A DNA stretch of 64,000 nt from Halocafeteria seosinensis (Eukaryota): assembly GCA_001687465.1 (NCBI GenBank), contig LVLI01000321.1, forward strand, positions 1 to 64,000, given 5' to 3'. A program made the translations under genes and the position numbers. Under the pieces are notes generated by a model. The model saw only the letters and a list, made by a program, of their open reading frames with translations. It ran no database searches and had not been told where the DNA came from. This document shows, in pieces, positions 24,687 to 36,000 of this stretch (positions within the stretch are counted from its first letter, which is position 1; each line of letters opens with the position of its first letter).

Positions 24687-25877
24687 CTACCGACGAAAGC
24701 CCTCTGTAAGGGTTTCTAAATCTAATCCCATAGCTGAAGGCAGAACGCATTGACTGGCATCCTTGCCACTGATTTTCCCGTTCACAAGATACTCTTTGTT
24801 AATCAGCGACTGATTCCACAGGATAATGTCGTCGAGAAGCGGAGTAGCAATTCCCATCATCACCGCTATGTCTTTGAATACACACAAACCGTATGGCAAA
24901 TCAGTTTCAAAAAACTTGTGCTTGAGTATTGGAAGCAGTTTTCCATTGCTTAATTGCTCATACGGGATCTTGTGAAAGGCGTAGGCAGCGTTCGTTTTCA
25001 CAGTTGAGGCAAGGGTACGAGGATCTTTCACTTGGTCTCCGTAGTTTTCCAGGATGCAGTGTTGGAGTTGGAAGTTTCCCTGCAAATAGGAGTTTTGGGG
25101 GTAATGTGTCTTCAGCTTGTCTACGATTCGAACGATTTCAGAATCAAGAATTTCCATATAGTTTGCGGAGTCATCGCTCAATTCTGCGTAAATTAGATGA
25201 GGAACTTCATCTGGGTTAAAAGGAGTGTGGCCGTCCCAATGCTTGAATAAACCGTAGAGTATTGGGGGATGAATGACGGGGTTATTGGGCCAGAAAGTGG
25301 AAGCGATGAAATCAGTTGGGCGAATGTCTTTTATACGCAATATGTCACCTACTTGGGGCCGCACTCCACAGTCATCGGCCTGTGTTTCCAAGGCGACTCT
25401 CACAAATCGCTTGGCCCCGTACACAACTCCAACACGACCATATTCAATCGTTCCACAACACCAAGGTATCAGCTGTGTGGCAAATAGTACGTATTTCCCA
25501 GAGCCCAACGCATTACCCGCAACCCAATGAAATCCACCGTATCCACAGATACTTCCAATTAGCACTCGACGTTGACGGTCCAAATGCGGGGAAATTGTCT
25601 TGCTTAACACCTCGAAGTTGTGGTGGATCGGAAGTCCCGCCAAAAAGATCATGTCTGCTTGAGGAACGCATTCTGAAGGAGACGAAGTGATAATATCAAT
25701 GGTTGCTTCCATGCGTGTCACTCCGTCAAGATATCCGGCGTCTTCATTGTTGAAGGAAACCTCGTGGTTCCATTCTCTTGGTCTCCTTGTCAGAATGGCC
25801 ACCTGGTGCCCTGCTCGCTTGGCTAAACAAGCAAATATTATCGTAGAGTTTCCGCCGCCAACAACAGTGATGAACAT
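24687..25877 (-). CDS. NAD-dependent opine (octopine/tauropine) dehydrogenase family
   Basis: N-terminal Rossmann VVGGGNS, NPVIHPPILYG and KFFETDLPYGL (cf. RYF.ED.PYGL). Intronless. Confidence 0.85.
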   Translation of the reverse strand: MFITVVGGGNSTIIFACLAKRAGHQVAILTRRPREWNHEVSFNNEDAGYLDGVTRMEATIDIITSSPSECVPQADMIFLAGLPIHHNFEVLSKTISPHLDRQRRVLIGSICGYGGFHWVAGNALGSGKYVLFATQLIPWCCGTIEYGRVGVVYGAKRFVRVALETQADDCGVRPQVGDILRIKDIRPTDFIASTFWPNNPVIHPPILYGLFKHWDGHTPFNPDEVPHLIYAELSDDSANYMEILDSEIVRIVDKLKTHYPQNSYLQGNFQLQHCILENYGDQVKDPRTLASTVKTNAAYAFHKIPYEQLSNGKLLPILKHKFFETDLPYGLCVFKDIAVMMGIATPLLDDIILWNQSLINKEYLVNGKISGKDASQCVLPSAMGLDLETLTEGFRR

Positions 25878-26146
25878 TGCTCCAAATAGGGGGTAGACGG
25901 TTAGGTGTGGTCCAGGTGGTAGACCTTGGTACCTCTCTCCGTAGCAATGCTGTTAAATTGTTTTGTTCTCACCTGTTCCAACAAGAAATTATTGAGATGG
26001 TCAATACCAATCAATCTGGACCGTCATTTACCTTGAAACGCTTTGTGTACAGTAAAGCTACCCACCCAAACCGTGCGGAGAGTAAGCGCACGCCGAGCAA
26101 TTGTTCCTAATGGGTTTCAACCGTTGAAGTCCAAATTAAATATGTA

Positions 26147-26226
26147 TAACCCCATACCCTGATACCCTAAACCTAAACCTTACAACCCATACCCTGCATA
26201 CTCTATACGGCGCCTACAGGCGCCGT
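26147..26226. repeat. Degenerate telomere-like C-rich tract plus GC hairpin
   Basis: TAACCCCATACCCTGATACCCTAAACCTAAACC..., followed by the 8-bp-stem hairpin ACGGCGCC-TACA-GGCGCCGT at 26207-26226. Confidence 0.55.
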
Positions 26227-26952
26227 GCATGCGACCCGAGGGCCTAGGGTCTCTCATGCTCTAACCGCTCTTTTTGTCCTCTTTGAGCTCCGCTATTTTT
26301 TGGCCCTGGTTTCCCCCGTTGGACTTCCCTTTGGAGCCACCCCTCCCACAGTGGCCACCCACTGAGAACAACCCGACTGATATTGACGAATCATTGACGA
26401 TGTACAGATGTCGAGGCTTGTCATATTATGAAAAGGGATTTTGTCACATTTTTGCGCATGCTCAGGGAGTCCGAAGACGTGATTTTCTAGGACTCTGTAC
26501 AGTGACGTGGACCAGGGTTGCTCTCACACACACACATACATGTATTGTATGTGACAGATAGCCGGAGTTGTTGCCCTACCCTTTGCCTTTGAGTCTACAA
26601 CGTGTGTATTAGTATTGCTCCTAGCGGGAGACGTGCATCCTACAGACTCCGGTACGCCGTGTGAGGAGTGAACCCTACCCGGTCTACAAACCCTGTGTGT
26701 TGGAGCGTGTGCATGTATGTGTGTGATGGAGTCTGCTTTTACCGTATTGACCTCGATAGACCGGGAGGTGCAAACGTTTCCCAACTTTTCACGTTGTGAA
26801 GCATCAACGTTGTAAGACAGCTCGCCCATAATCAGTTTCCAGAAGTTCCTCATCTCCTTAGTGCCCCGACGAACTTACGTCCAGAAGCAGCGAGGGGCAC
26901 CGTGACCAATTTTTGGGCCACTGACCAACATCGTCATTTGATCATCAGACAA

Positions 26953-29900
26953 ATGAATGAAGGACCTCAGACAATATCTTCGGAAACGAATCATCCCAAG
27001 GGATTGCATTCACAACAGAAAACAGAGGGAACAACAAGCCCCAAAGCGGAGAAAACTGCTCCCAGTACCTGGGATACACCTACCGCAGCCGATGCTTGGA
27101 ATGCCCCACAGAATTTAGGCACCTCTTCTCCCGAAGGACACACGAGTTGTATCCCAGGACACAAGCGGCGAGTAACCTTCTCTCCTCACTCACTAGACGC
27201 CAACAATGAAGTCAAGACCACAGAGGAAACCCAGCCGGAAACCCAGGACCCTGAGGCCGGGATGGATAGCTTTCGATCTCTTGTGCAGCAGGCTACCATA
27301 CCCGACACCCCTGCACCATCCGTACGTACAGATGCCGTCTTGCTTTCTGTGTATCTTAGAACAGAACATTCATTGCTTCCGACAGATTGCTTTCGAGAAC
27401 CTCTCATGGAAGTTCAAAGTCCCCCGCAAGCGTCAGACCCACACCGAGGAAGGTGGAGCAGCTAAGACTTGCTTTCACAGATTATTGCCTTCCTCATGGT
27501 GCTCGAAGACATCGGAATCTTATGACTTCGTGCATGCCCTGAATGGTTGCTCCGGGACAGTCGGAGCGGGTTCGATGACACTTGTCGTGGCCCCACCGGG
27601 TAAGTTGCAGATTCCAGCTCCAGACTTCGAGTCTCGCAGCACCATATTGAAGACTTTGCAGGTCATGGGAAGTCTTCGTTTCTGAGGGCACTTTCTAAGT
27701 CTGATCCGAAGGCTGCTGTGGAAGGAAAAGTATGTTGTGGCACTGGTAGAATTAGTACGCTTGTGGCGGGTCTGNTTACGACGGATTGTTCTTCCGCAGG
27801 TGTCATATCTCTATGGGGAAAGTTCAGTCATGCCTAACAGGTTTCCCCAAGTTGGTGCTTACATGGACCAAGTAGATGTACATCTACCTTCTATGACAGT
27901 CGAAGAAACCATTCGATTCATATGCAACTGCTATGCTGTAGGTAGTTGGATGCAATGCTGCTTGGCAGACTCTCGTCACGTCTATACATCGCAGTCCCGG
28001 AGAAATTGGAAAATAACGAGCAAAGATGTCGTATCTAGCACAGTGAATGCTATTCTCGAGCTACTTGACCTAAGGAATTGTGCCGCAACGCGAGTGGGAA
28101 ACAGAACGGCACGGGGAATTTCGGGTGGGCAACGAAGGCGCCTCAGCATAGCCGAAATGCTGCTCTCCCCTTCTCAAGTGCTGGTGTTGGATGAGGTATG
28201 TCAGGAAATTGTCTGCTTTCGTTATTTCATGAGCTAGTACGTCTTTCTGAACCGTTACAGCCGACGACGGGATTGGATTCGGCGACAGCCTTCAATGTAA
28301 GGCAGCACGGAATAAATGTACCGCTCAACTACATCTAACTGTACGTAATAAACTCTCGTTAAGTTTGCAGGTGATTCACGATCTCCGTCGCTGGTGCAAA
28401 GCAACGAAGAGAACGGTTATCTGCAGCCTTCTTCAACCGGGTTTGGAAGTAAGCTGCGAGCTGCCAATTCGCACCCATTTGCAGCTTCCCGGTCATGACC
28501 CACCGTGTTACAGGTCGCTAAGCAATTTGATGCCATGATTGTATTGAGCTGTGGGAAAATCATTTATAACGACTCTTTGGAGAATGCTCCGATGTTCCTG
28601 AATTTTCTTGGAGTCAATAGTAAACAATACGGTACGCTCCACTTCACGCTGTCTTGGACGCTTCGTTCTCACAAGGCCAGAATTGGTGCAGATAGTCTTG
28701 CTCTGCTGACGACCCTGGCAGAACGTCCTGTCACACCTTTGAATGAGAGTAACGCTTGTTTCGGCACTAGCGAACTATATTCCTCCATGTTGGTCAAGAG
28801 ATGGCAAGAATTCTGTTCCAGTGGTGCTGGAGGTCGACTGCAGTCCTCGAAGTCATACACAACCGAAGGATCAAATAGTCTCTGGGCACATAGTTCTCGT
28901 TACGGGAGTACCGTATCCAAGATGATGCGTTTAATTTGGTATTGTTTACAGAGGCAAATGCTGCTTACTATAAGAAACACGCGAGTAAGAGAGGAATTGG
29001 TGTATTGGTTTACAAAGTGTATACGCACCTGTTTTTGCAGTTTGTAGTTTGTCGGTGTTTTCAGGCTTTGTTCTTTGGAGTACTTATGGGAGCGTTGTAT
29101 TGGGATTTGGAGAAAACTGATTTTCAGTTGAAATTTGGTGCTGTTTCGTTCGCAGTTATCTTCCTATCATTGTCGAACTTGGTTAGTATTCCATGAATCG
29201 CTAAGGCTGTTGACTGAGTAAGAATCCGCAGTCTGCGTATTGCAGGCAGACGTGCCACTAGCGGTATTTCAACAGCGCGTTGCACACAAGCAGCTCCGAG
29301 GACACATGTACTCGCCATTTGAGTATGGGATTGCAATTTTGTTTGCTCAGACTCCCATTGCCATGGGTCAAATATTGCTTTTAGGTACTCCAATTTACTG
29401 GATGACAGGGATGGTTGCGGAACCCGATAGATTTTTCTTCTTCCTGTTCATCCTATTGTTACTTAGTATGACCATAACGACCCTACTGCGAACAATCTCC
29501 TACGCCACTGGAGATTCCAAGGTTGGTCAGGCTCAAGGCGGGGCTCTTGTGACTCTACTATACTTGTTTGGGGGGTGCGTTGGTTTGCTACTCTGTGGCG
29601 GTTCTTCAGAGTCAAGCGTCACGTCTGTGTCATGCATGCAGATTCTTCATTACTAGACAGAACATACCAGTTGCTCTTCGCTGGATCTACTGGGTGTCGC
29701 CCATGAGGTAAGGTACCAAATTCTCGTTTTCCGCGCGGTTTATGCAGTATACTATCTTCGCCGTTTGGTGTTTTCCAGCTGGACTACCACTAGCCTCATG
29801 CAGAATGAACTAAATTCGTATAGTAGTCCCTTGGGCAACTCCTCCATCAGTTTGGGTCAATTAGGTTTGAAAACCTTTGAGATTCCCACACCGTCATGGT

Positions 29901-32183
29901 AAGCTCGCAGGGGAAACCACCGGTGCTCAAAAGGTGCTAAATAATGCTATCCACAAGCGTGTTTTCGCAGGTATAGGTGGAGTGCTATAGGTTTCCTCGG
30001 TGGCGGTCTAATGGCCTTTGGTGGGGCTATGATATTGGCTTTGAGGCAAAAGCGCATCAATGTCCATGTTGGAAGCAAAAGAATTCACCGCTATAATTGT
30101 TTAAGCAACTCCACCCCTCAACCGCGGCGGGCCTCCCAATTATCATTCGTTCGCCAAACCCTCGCCTTCAGAAATGTTTCTTACGCAGTTAAATCGAATA
30201 GCGGTAGAAGAAGAAAGCTAATCACAGATATATCAGGGATAGCACGACCTGGCACTCTTACAGCGTTGCTAGGAGCTTCGGGCAGTGGAAAGACGACACT
30301 CCTAGATGTATTGGTGGGTAGGAAGACAAGTGGGGAAGTCAGCGGAGAAGTGCTGTTTAACGGCAGGCCTAAACAGCTTAATTCCGGGCGGCTGACAGGT
30401 TACGTTGAACAGCAGGACCTGCATATGCCTTTTTCCACAGTGTGGGAGAGTCTTAGATTCGCCGCGGAGCTTCGTCTGCCTCGATCCACTGGCAAACTGG
30501 AAAGGGACACCGCTGTGGAAGAGGCATTAAGTGTTCTTGAGCTAGGAGCTCTTCGCAACGTGTTGGTAGGTGATCCCGAAGGGCACCACGGCTATGGAGT
30601 TCTTTCCCCTTCGGAGAGAAAGAAACTGAGTATCGGCTTAGAGTTAGTGGCTAACCCTCCAATCCTCGTTCTAGATGAGCCGACGACTTCATTGGATTTC
30701 CAAGGGGCAATCTCCGTTATACGAGTAATGCGAAACATTGTGGAGACAGGTCGAACCGTAATCTGCTCCGTCCACCAGCCATCACCTGAGCTGTTCTCTC
30801 TTTTCGACGAAGCAATAATTATGCAGTCTGGTGGGAGGCAAATATATTCAGGGCCTATAGGGACAGACGGTAACACCATAGTAGAATACTTCCATTCAAT
30901 CGGAATCAAGAGTACACCAAAGAGAGATTTAGCCAGCTGGATTCAGGAAATCACTGTGTGCAACGATCGTTCGTCGTCGTACAGCAGCAGGCGCCTCACA
31001 GAAAGTGTCCAAGCTCCGCAGACGATGATAAATCTCACACTTCAATACAAGCGTTCAGGCGCAAAGGAAAGCCTAAATAGGAGAATTAGCGAAGCACTAG
31101 TGGAAACGGACGAAGTGCTCATTGATGCAGAGAGCGAAACGAAAGAAAAGGAACTACGTTCCTTCTCTTCTCAGGTCGCTGTGCTTGTGAGACGTATCTG
31201 CGTAGAGTACTGGAGAAATAAGAGTTACACTTGGAACACTCTAGGAACTCTGGTGATTCCTGGAATCCTGTTTGGAGTGTTGTTCTACGATGCTAGGGTT
31301 AAAGTCCATGATAAGGCTTCGTTACTCTCTCTGGCTAGCCTGCTGCTTCTTGCGACAGGATATTGTGGAGTTATGAAGTATCAAGCCGTGGTTCCACTGT
31401 TGTGTGGGCATAAACCAATCTATTGTAGAGAAGTTTACAGTCGTATGTACACAGCGGAGGCGTATATCCTAGCTCTGTGTCTCGTTGATGTAGCGTGGAC
31501 GGCAGTAGTCTCCATCATCTTCTCATGCAGCTACTACTTTCTGGTACGCGAGTGATTTAGAGAAGCCTGAAAGACGAAGAAGCTCCAACGTGTTTTTCGT
31601 TCTTAATGGTGTTTGCATTGCAGGCAGGATTTGAGTCAGAGGGAGGCACATATTGCCATTATGTCTTCGTGGCTTTCCTATTCTACGTGGGCATGACATT
31701 TTTCGGAATGATTTTTGCTGCTGCGTTTTCCAGCACTGTTGCGGCTCTCAGTATTGGCAGTTTATTGTAAGACGACGGGTTTTGTGACGTAATGAAAGCG
31801 TGGTGTTACATGGTGTCATTTGCTGTGACTGCAGTATTCCACTGAAATTTTTGTTCAGTGGTGTTTATATAACTAAGAGTGCGTTCCCTGCAGGACTGTC
31901 CTGGCTGCATTGGATTAATCCCATGGCTTATGCCATTAAGGTGATGGCGGCTCTTCAACTCTACTGCATAGATTTGGCCAATTCAAACACTTGTCCCAAA
32001 ATCAGGTACATTTCCAAGGAGGGAATGCCTATTGTTGCTGACAGGTACGCCTATGCTAAAGCAGTGTATGGTTTTGACTACGATAGAAGATGGGAGTTTA
32101 CGTTGTATTTATTCATATTTGCCGTTGTATATCTTGCTATTGCTACTTTTTGCCTTAGACATGGATCTCACATCAAACGTTGA
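26953..32183 (+). CDS. Full-size ABCG/PDR transporter, many short introns
   Basis: NBD1 has Walker A APPG|HGKS split by an intron, GISGGQRRR and LDE|PTTGLDS. NBD2 has GASGSGKTT and LDEPTTSLD. Two TMD regions. 5' end uncertain. Confidence 0.9.
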
Positions 32184-32315
32184 ATCACTTCTAGAGTTAA
32201 CTGTGCGGGCTGACCTGGTTAGCCGGATTCAATGGGTGGCAGATTGCTCTATCTTAATCGATGTGACTGTTTAAACAGCGGTGTTACCACAAATAATGCT
32301 TATACACACACACAT

Positions 32316-32346
32316 ACACACACATGTGACAGATAGCCCACCGGCC
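32316..32346. repeat. Dispersed repeat terminus, inverted copy of 2230-2260
   Basis: ACACACACATGTGACAGATAGCCCACCGGCC is the exact reverse complement of 2230-2260. Confidence 0.8.
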
Positions 32347-33066
32347 AAAATTGACCGCTCCTCGTTAAAAAATTACCTAACTGCATCCTCTTAACGAGGA
32401 GTGGTATGCCTGTGTTAAGCAGCGACGGGCCCACTGTTCCTTCAGCCTCGCTGACATGCGCCGCGGGGGAACGCAACACTGGCCATTTTCAGAAGGCATC
32501 GGGGTCGGCGCTATACCTGCGACAACGACAATGCTTTGTTTTTTATCGAAACTTCAGAATTCGGGTTGAGAATTTCAAAGTCCCATTCATTCATCAGATT
32601 CATAATAGGTACGTACAACCGAACCAGAACATCTGGTGGTGGCTCATCGCAGGTAAACAGGATCAGTGAATGAGTGACTAGCAAAGTTATTTACGTACAG
32701 TAGTCACTAGAAGTTAGTCTGAAGTTGCGGGATTCCGGGCCAACGTCCCGGATTTCCGGGCGGTGCATTCAAATTTCAAATTGAACTCCTCCATTGTACG
32801 GTGTTGTATACTCCCGTCTCTGACATCTGAGTATTCGCATCTCTTTGTCTGTCTCGGCTTTTCCTCCATCACTACCGCGCACGTAGTGGTGTGTCTTTTG
32901 CGATTAACACGGTTCTTGGTTTGAACGAGCCTCCCTTTCCCCTTTGGCTTCCCCTTAAAAGCCTTTTTGTCTTTTTGAAAGCAGCATTTGAACTCTGCTG
33001 CTAACGGCTACGCTGGGAACTTAGTGTATGTAACAGACTTGTTCTTAGCCCTTCAGTCCGTCAAAG

Positions 33067-36000
33067 ATGTCATCGACCCGTGGTCGACGCCAGGGGAAGC
33101 GACAAGCTTCAGCAGCGCCGTCAGAGGAGCAATGGGACAGCCATTTCGACGATGAATGGGCGTCCGAGAATGGATTGATGGAGGATACCGATCTCCTTAA
33201 GCTATTATTAGAGCATGCAGCGGCATTTCGGTACACGAGACTGATGAATGCAGTCCAGGAAATATTGCTGGCTCGGGGAAACGAGGGAAAACTACCTGTC
33301 AACTCGTTGTCGGCTCGGTACTTTTGCATGGCGACAGTGGAAAAGGCGTTATCGTGCTATCGATACAACCATAGTCTTCAAGTAGTTGCTGATTTTTTGC
33401 GATGCGGGGTACGTGGCTCCTTGAGTTTGCTTCTGAGCTCTCAAAGGCGGTGCCGATACGGTGGTTTGTTGTATTCATCGCAGCTATCGGGAATAACAGA
33501 CGAACTGGACGATAGCCTGGATGATCTCATTCTCGCAGTCCGTCAGCAGGTAGGACGTTACCCCATGCTCGAACAATGGGTTGTTTCAACTGTCATTTTC
33601 TCACTTTTGGCTGCAGCAATGCCTGGAGCACTTGGTTTTTGCTCCACGCTCATCAGCTCATTCAGTAGAGGCGGCTGGAATGCCGGAGAATGAACTGCAA
33701 GCTGACGACATTTCAGCTTGCATTACTGACTCTCAAATAAAGAGCTTTTCTAGGGCGATCGAGGAGTATTTCCCTTGGGAACACCTTGATGAAGAAATTA
33801 TGCCTCAAGTGAGTAGTGGGGTTCAGTGGCTACGTGTGATTCAGCTGGCATGTCCGTTGAGTTCCTCTGATACAGGAGAGTTTGGAGAAATACAAACAAT
33901 TCCGTGACCCTTTGGTACAACTGTACCAAACATTAACGAAGAGCAAGCATTGGGAAGAGTTTTCGCACACATCTGCTCCAATTCATCCACCTCGAAATTG
34001 GAGGGGAAGTATTGAAGAATGGCACATAGCACGCCAGCACTGGCAGAAAAATGCATTCAATGCAATTCACGAATGTCGAAAGGCCGTAATGTCATACTCT
34101 GAATTTAAGGAAACAGTATTTAAATTCCTCAGTGAGACGTATTCTGCGCTTCCTCAGCCACAGCTATTGGTAAGTTCGCAGTATTTGTCCTTCCGGGTTT
34201 AGAACGGTACTTGGCGAGGGCTGTGAGGATGCATGCGTGCTGCCAGGGTGTAGATGTAACAGAAATGTGGAATACAGTCGGGTTGATGGGCTCTTTGTGG
34301 GGTATCGTTCTCGCATTTCCACTGGCGCGTTAGACTGAACGTTGGAAGACTTCTCATTATCGCTCAGCCATGCCGCTGATACCCTAACCGGTGCACTTTT
34401 GCTTGTTTTCACATTAGCATTGTGGTTTGCGTGACTACTCTTGGGAGGTTCTGGAAGTTGCCATGGGGCACTTGCCTTTTCGTCACAAGAAAGAGGTTGC
34501 TTATCACAGTTTGAATGTGGAAAATTAACGTCGGGTGGTTTACTTCGTGTATTTCCCACTTTAATCTCCAAAAATACACGCTCGGGATTTTCTTCCCTCG
34601 TTGAAGTCGACGGCCGAGATCAGTGGCTCTGCGGCACAAGGCCAATCCCAGGAGAGGCGAACACCTGCTGGGATTTTCACAGCACCGGTGTTTCCAGTGA
34701 AGTGCAGTTTATTTCCCTTGCGACCAGGCTTGCGTAGTCCTCGTGTCATCTACCAAACGTAGGCACATTGGACGAGCGGTGAGGGGGGACCTTGTGCTCC
34801 CCGGAGATCTGCGGCTGCATGGTCGGTTGCGCATTTGCCTCAGTTGAGGGCATTTGTGTAAGGGAAGTGCTCTGCTCTCGTGGTATCTAGGGTGGCTTGT
34901 TGAGTTGACCGTGGAGTATACTTGTTTCTCTTCATCATCCTCAACGGGTCACCGGGTAGCCAGGATGGGACTGGGAACGGATACCTCTGCAAACGGCTGG
35001 CCCTCCTGTATTTCGCATTAGACGAAGCATTTCACAATCTTGAGTGACGTTAGAAAGCACGATTTCTGAGCCCATCTTGTTGTTACCAATTTTGTAACCG
35101 CTACTAATACTTTATTTTTTAACTTCCGATATGTTGATTGTTTGCAGAGCACATTGAAGTCAGCGAAGCAATCGCAAGAGTCTTGGTTCGTCGGTACCCC
35201 CTCTGTTCCCACCGATGCATGTAAAGAGTTGACCGAGATGATCTCGTGGGATGTTCCCAACAGTTCGCAACCGACTAGCACTCAATCCTCTGGATCCACA
35301 CCTCGTCGCTCCAAAAAGACTAAGTATTCATCACGTCGAGTAACAGCGGAGGACATACAGGCTCTCTACGATGAAGCCGTCTACTCAGATACTACATCAC
35401 AACAACTCAATGTGGCGAAGAAAAAGCCTGAAGCCCCGAAGGGCAGTTCAACGCAAGACAGGAGTAACAACGCAGCTATTATGGAGGTTATTCGCAATAA
35501 CTACGACGAAAATGTGATGAAGGAGGCCACAAAATTGTTCCAGAATCAATACGGACGTGGTCAACCAAGGTCTAGCGAATCAGCGAATCACGGAGCATCA
35601 GCGAGCTCCCCCAACCGAGTTTCTACACAGCAGTCTGCTTCCAGTAATCGCAGACAGTCAAACGACAACCACGGCCAGTCGTTTGGGTCACCATCGGGTG
35701 ACCAACCTGTTAAACGTCAACAAAGACGCCCCGCGGTGAAGGCAGAAGACCCAGAATCTAGCGAAGACGATACCGACGACGATTCAGAAGATGAAATGGT
35801 CGGATTAACCGACAAAAAGCCTTTATTTTCCGGTTCAACTCAGCAGAATAAAACCTCCAGCCAGCAGCAGGCTCTCAGAAATCATCGAGCGGAGTTCAAC
35901 GAATTTGCGAATGTCGCTAGCACTGGTAGAAATCCTGGACGGAGTGAAGATTTTCGACGGGAATATGCCACTCAGCCTGACAGCGGAATGTCCGAAGCCC

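Noticed and set aside
27737..29656. Fragmented ABC ORFs suggesting a pseudogene
   Set aside because: Breaks coincide with short GT-AG introns, and the motifs rejoin across them.
34164..34749. Short ORFs inside the long intron (34164-34571 -, 34409-34645 -, 34441-34737 +, 34561-34749 -)
   Set aside because: No recognisable motifs. Flanking exons splice in phase without them, and RNA structure explains the region better.
34170..35147. Long intron interpreted as a MITE insertion
   Set aside because: No TSD. End complementarity relies on G-U pairs and bulges, and no other copy occurs in the window.
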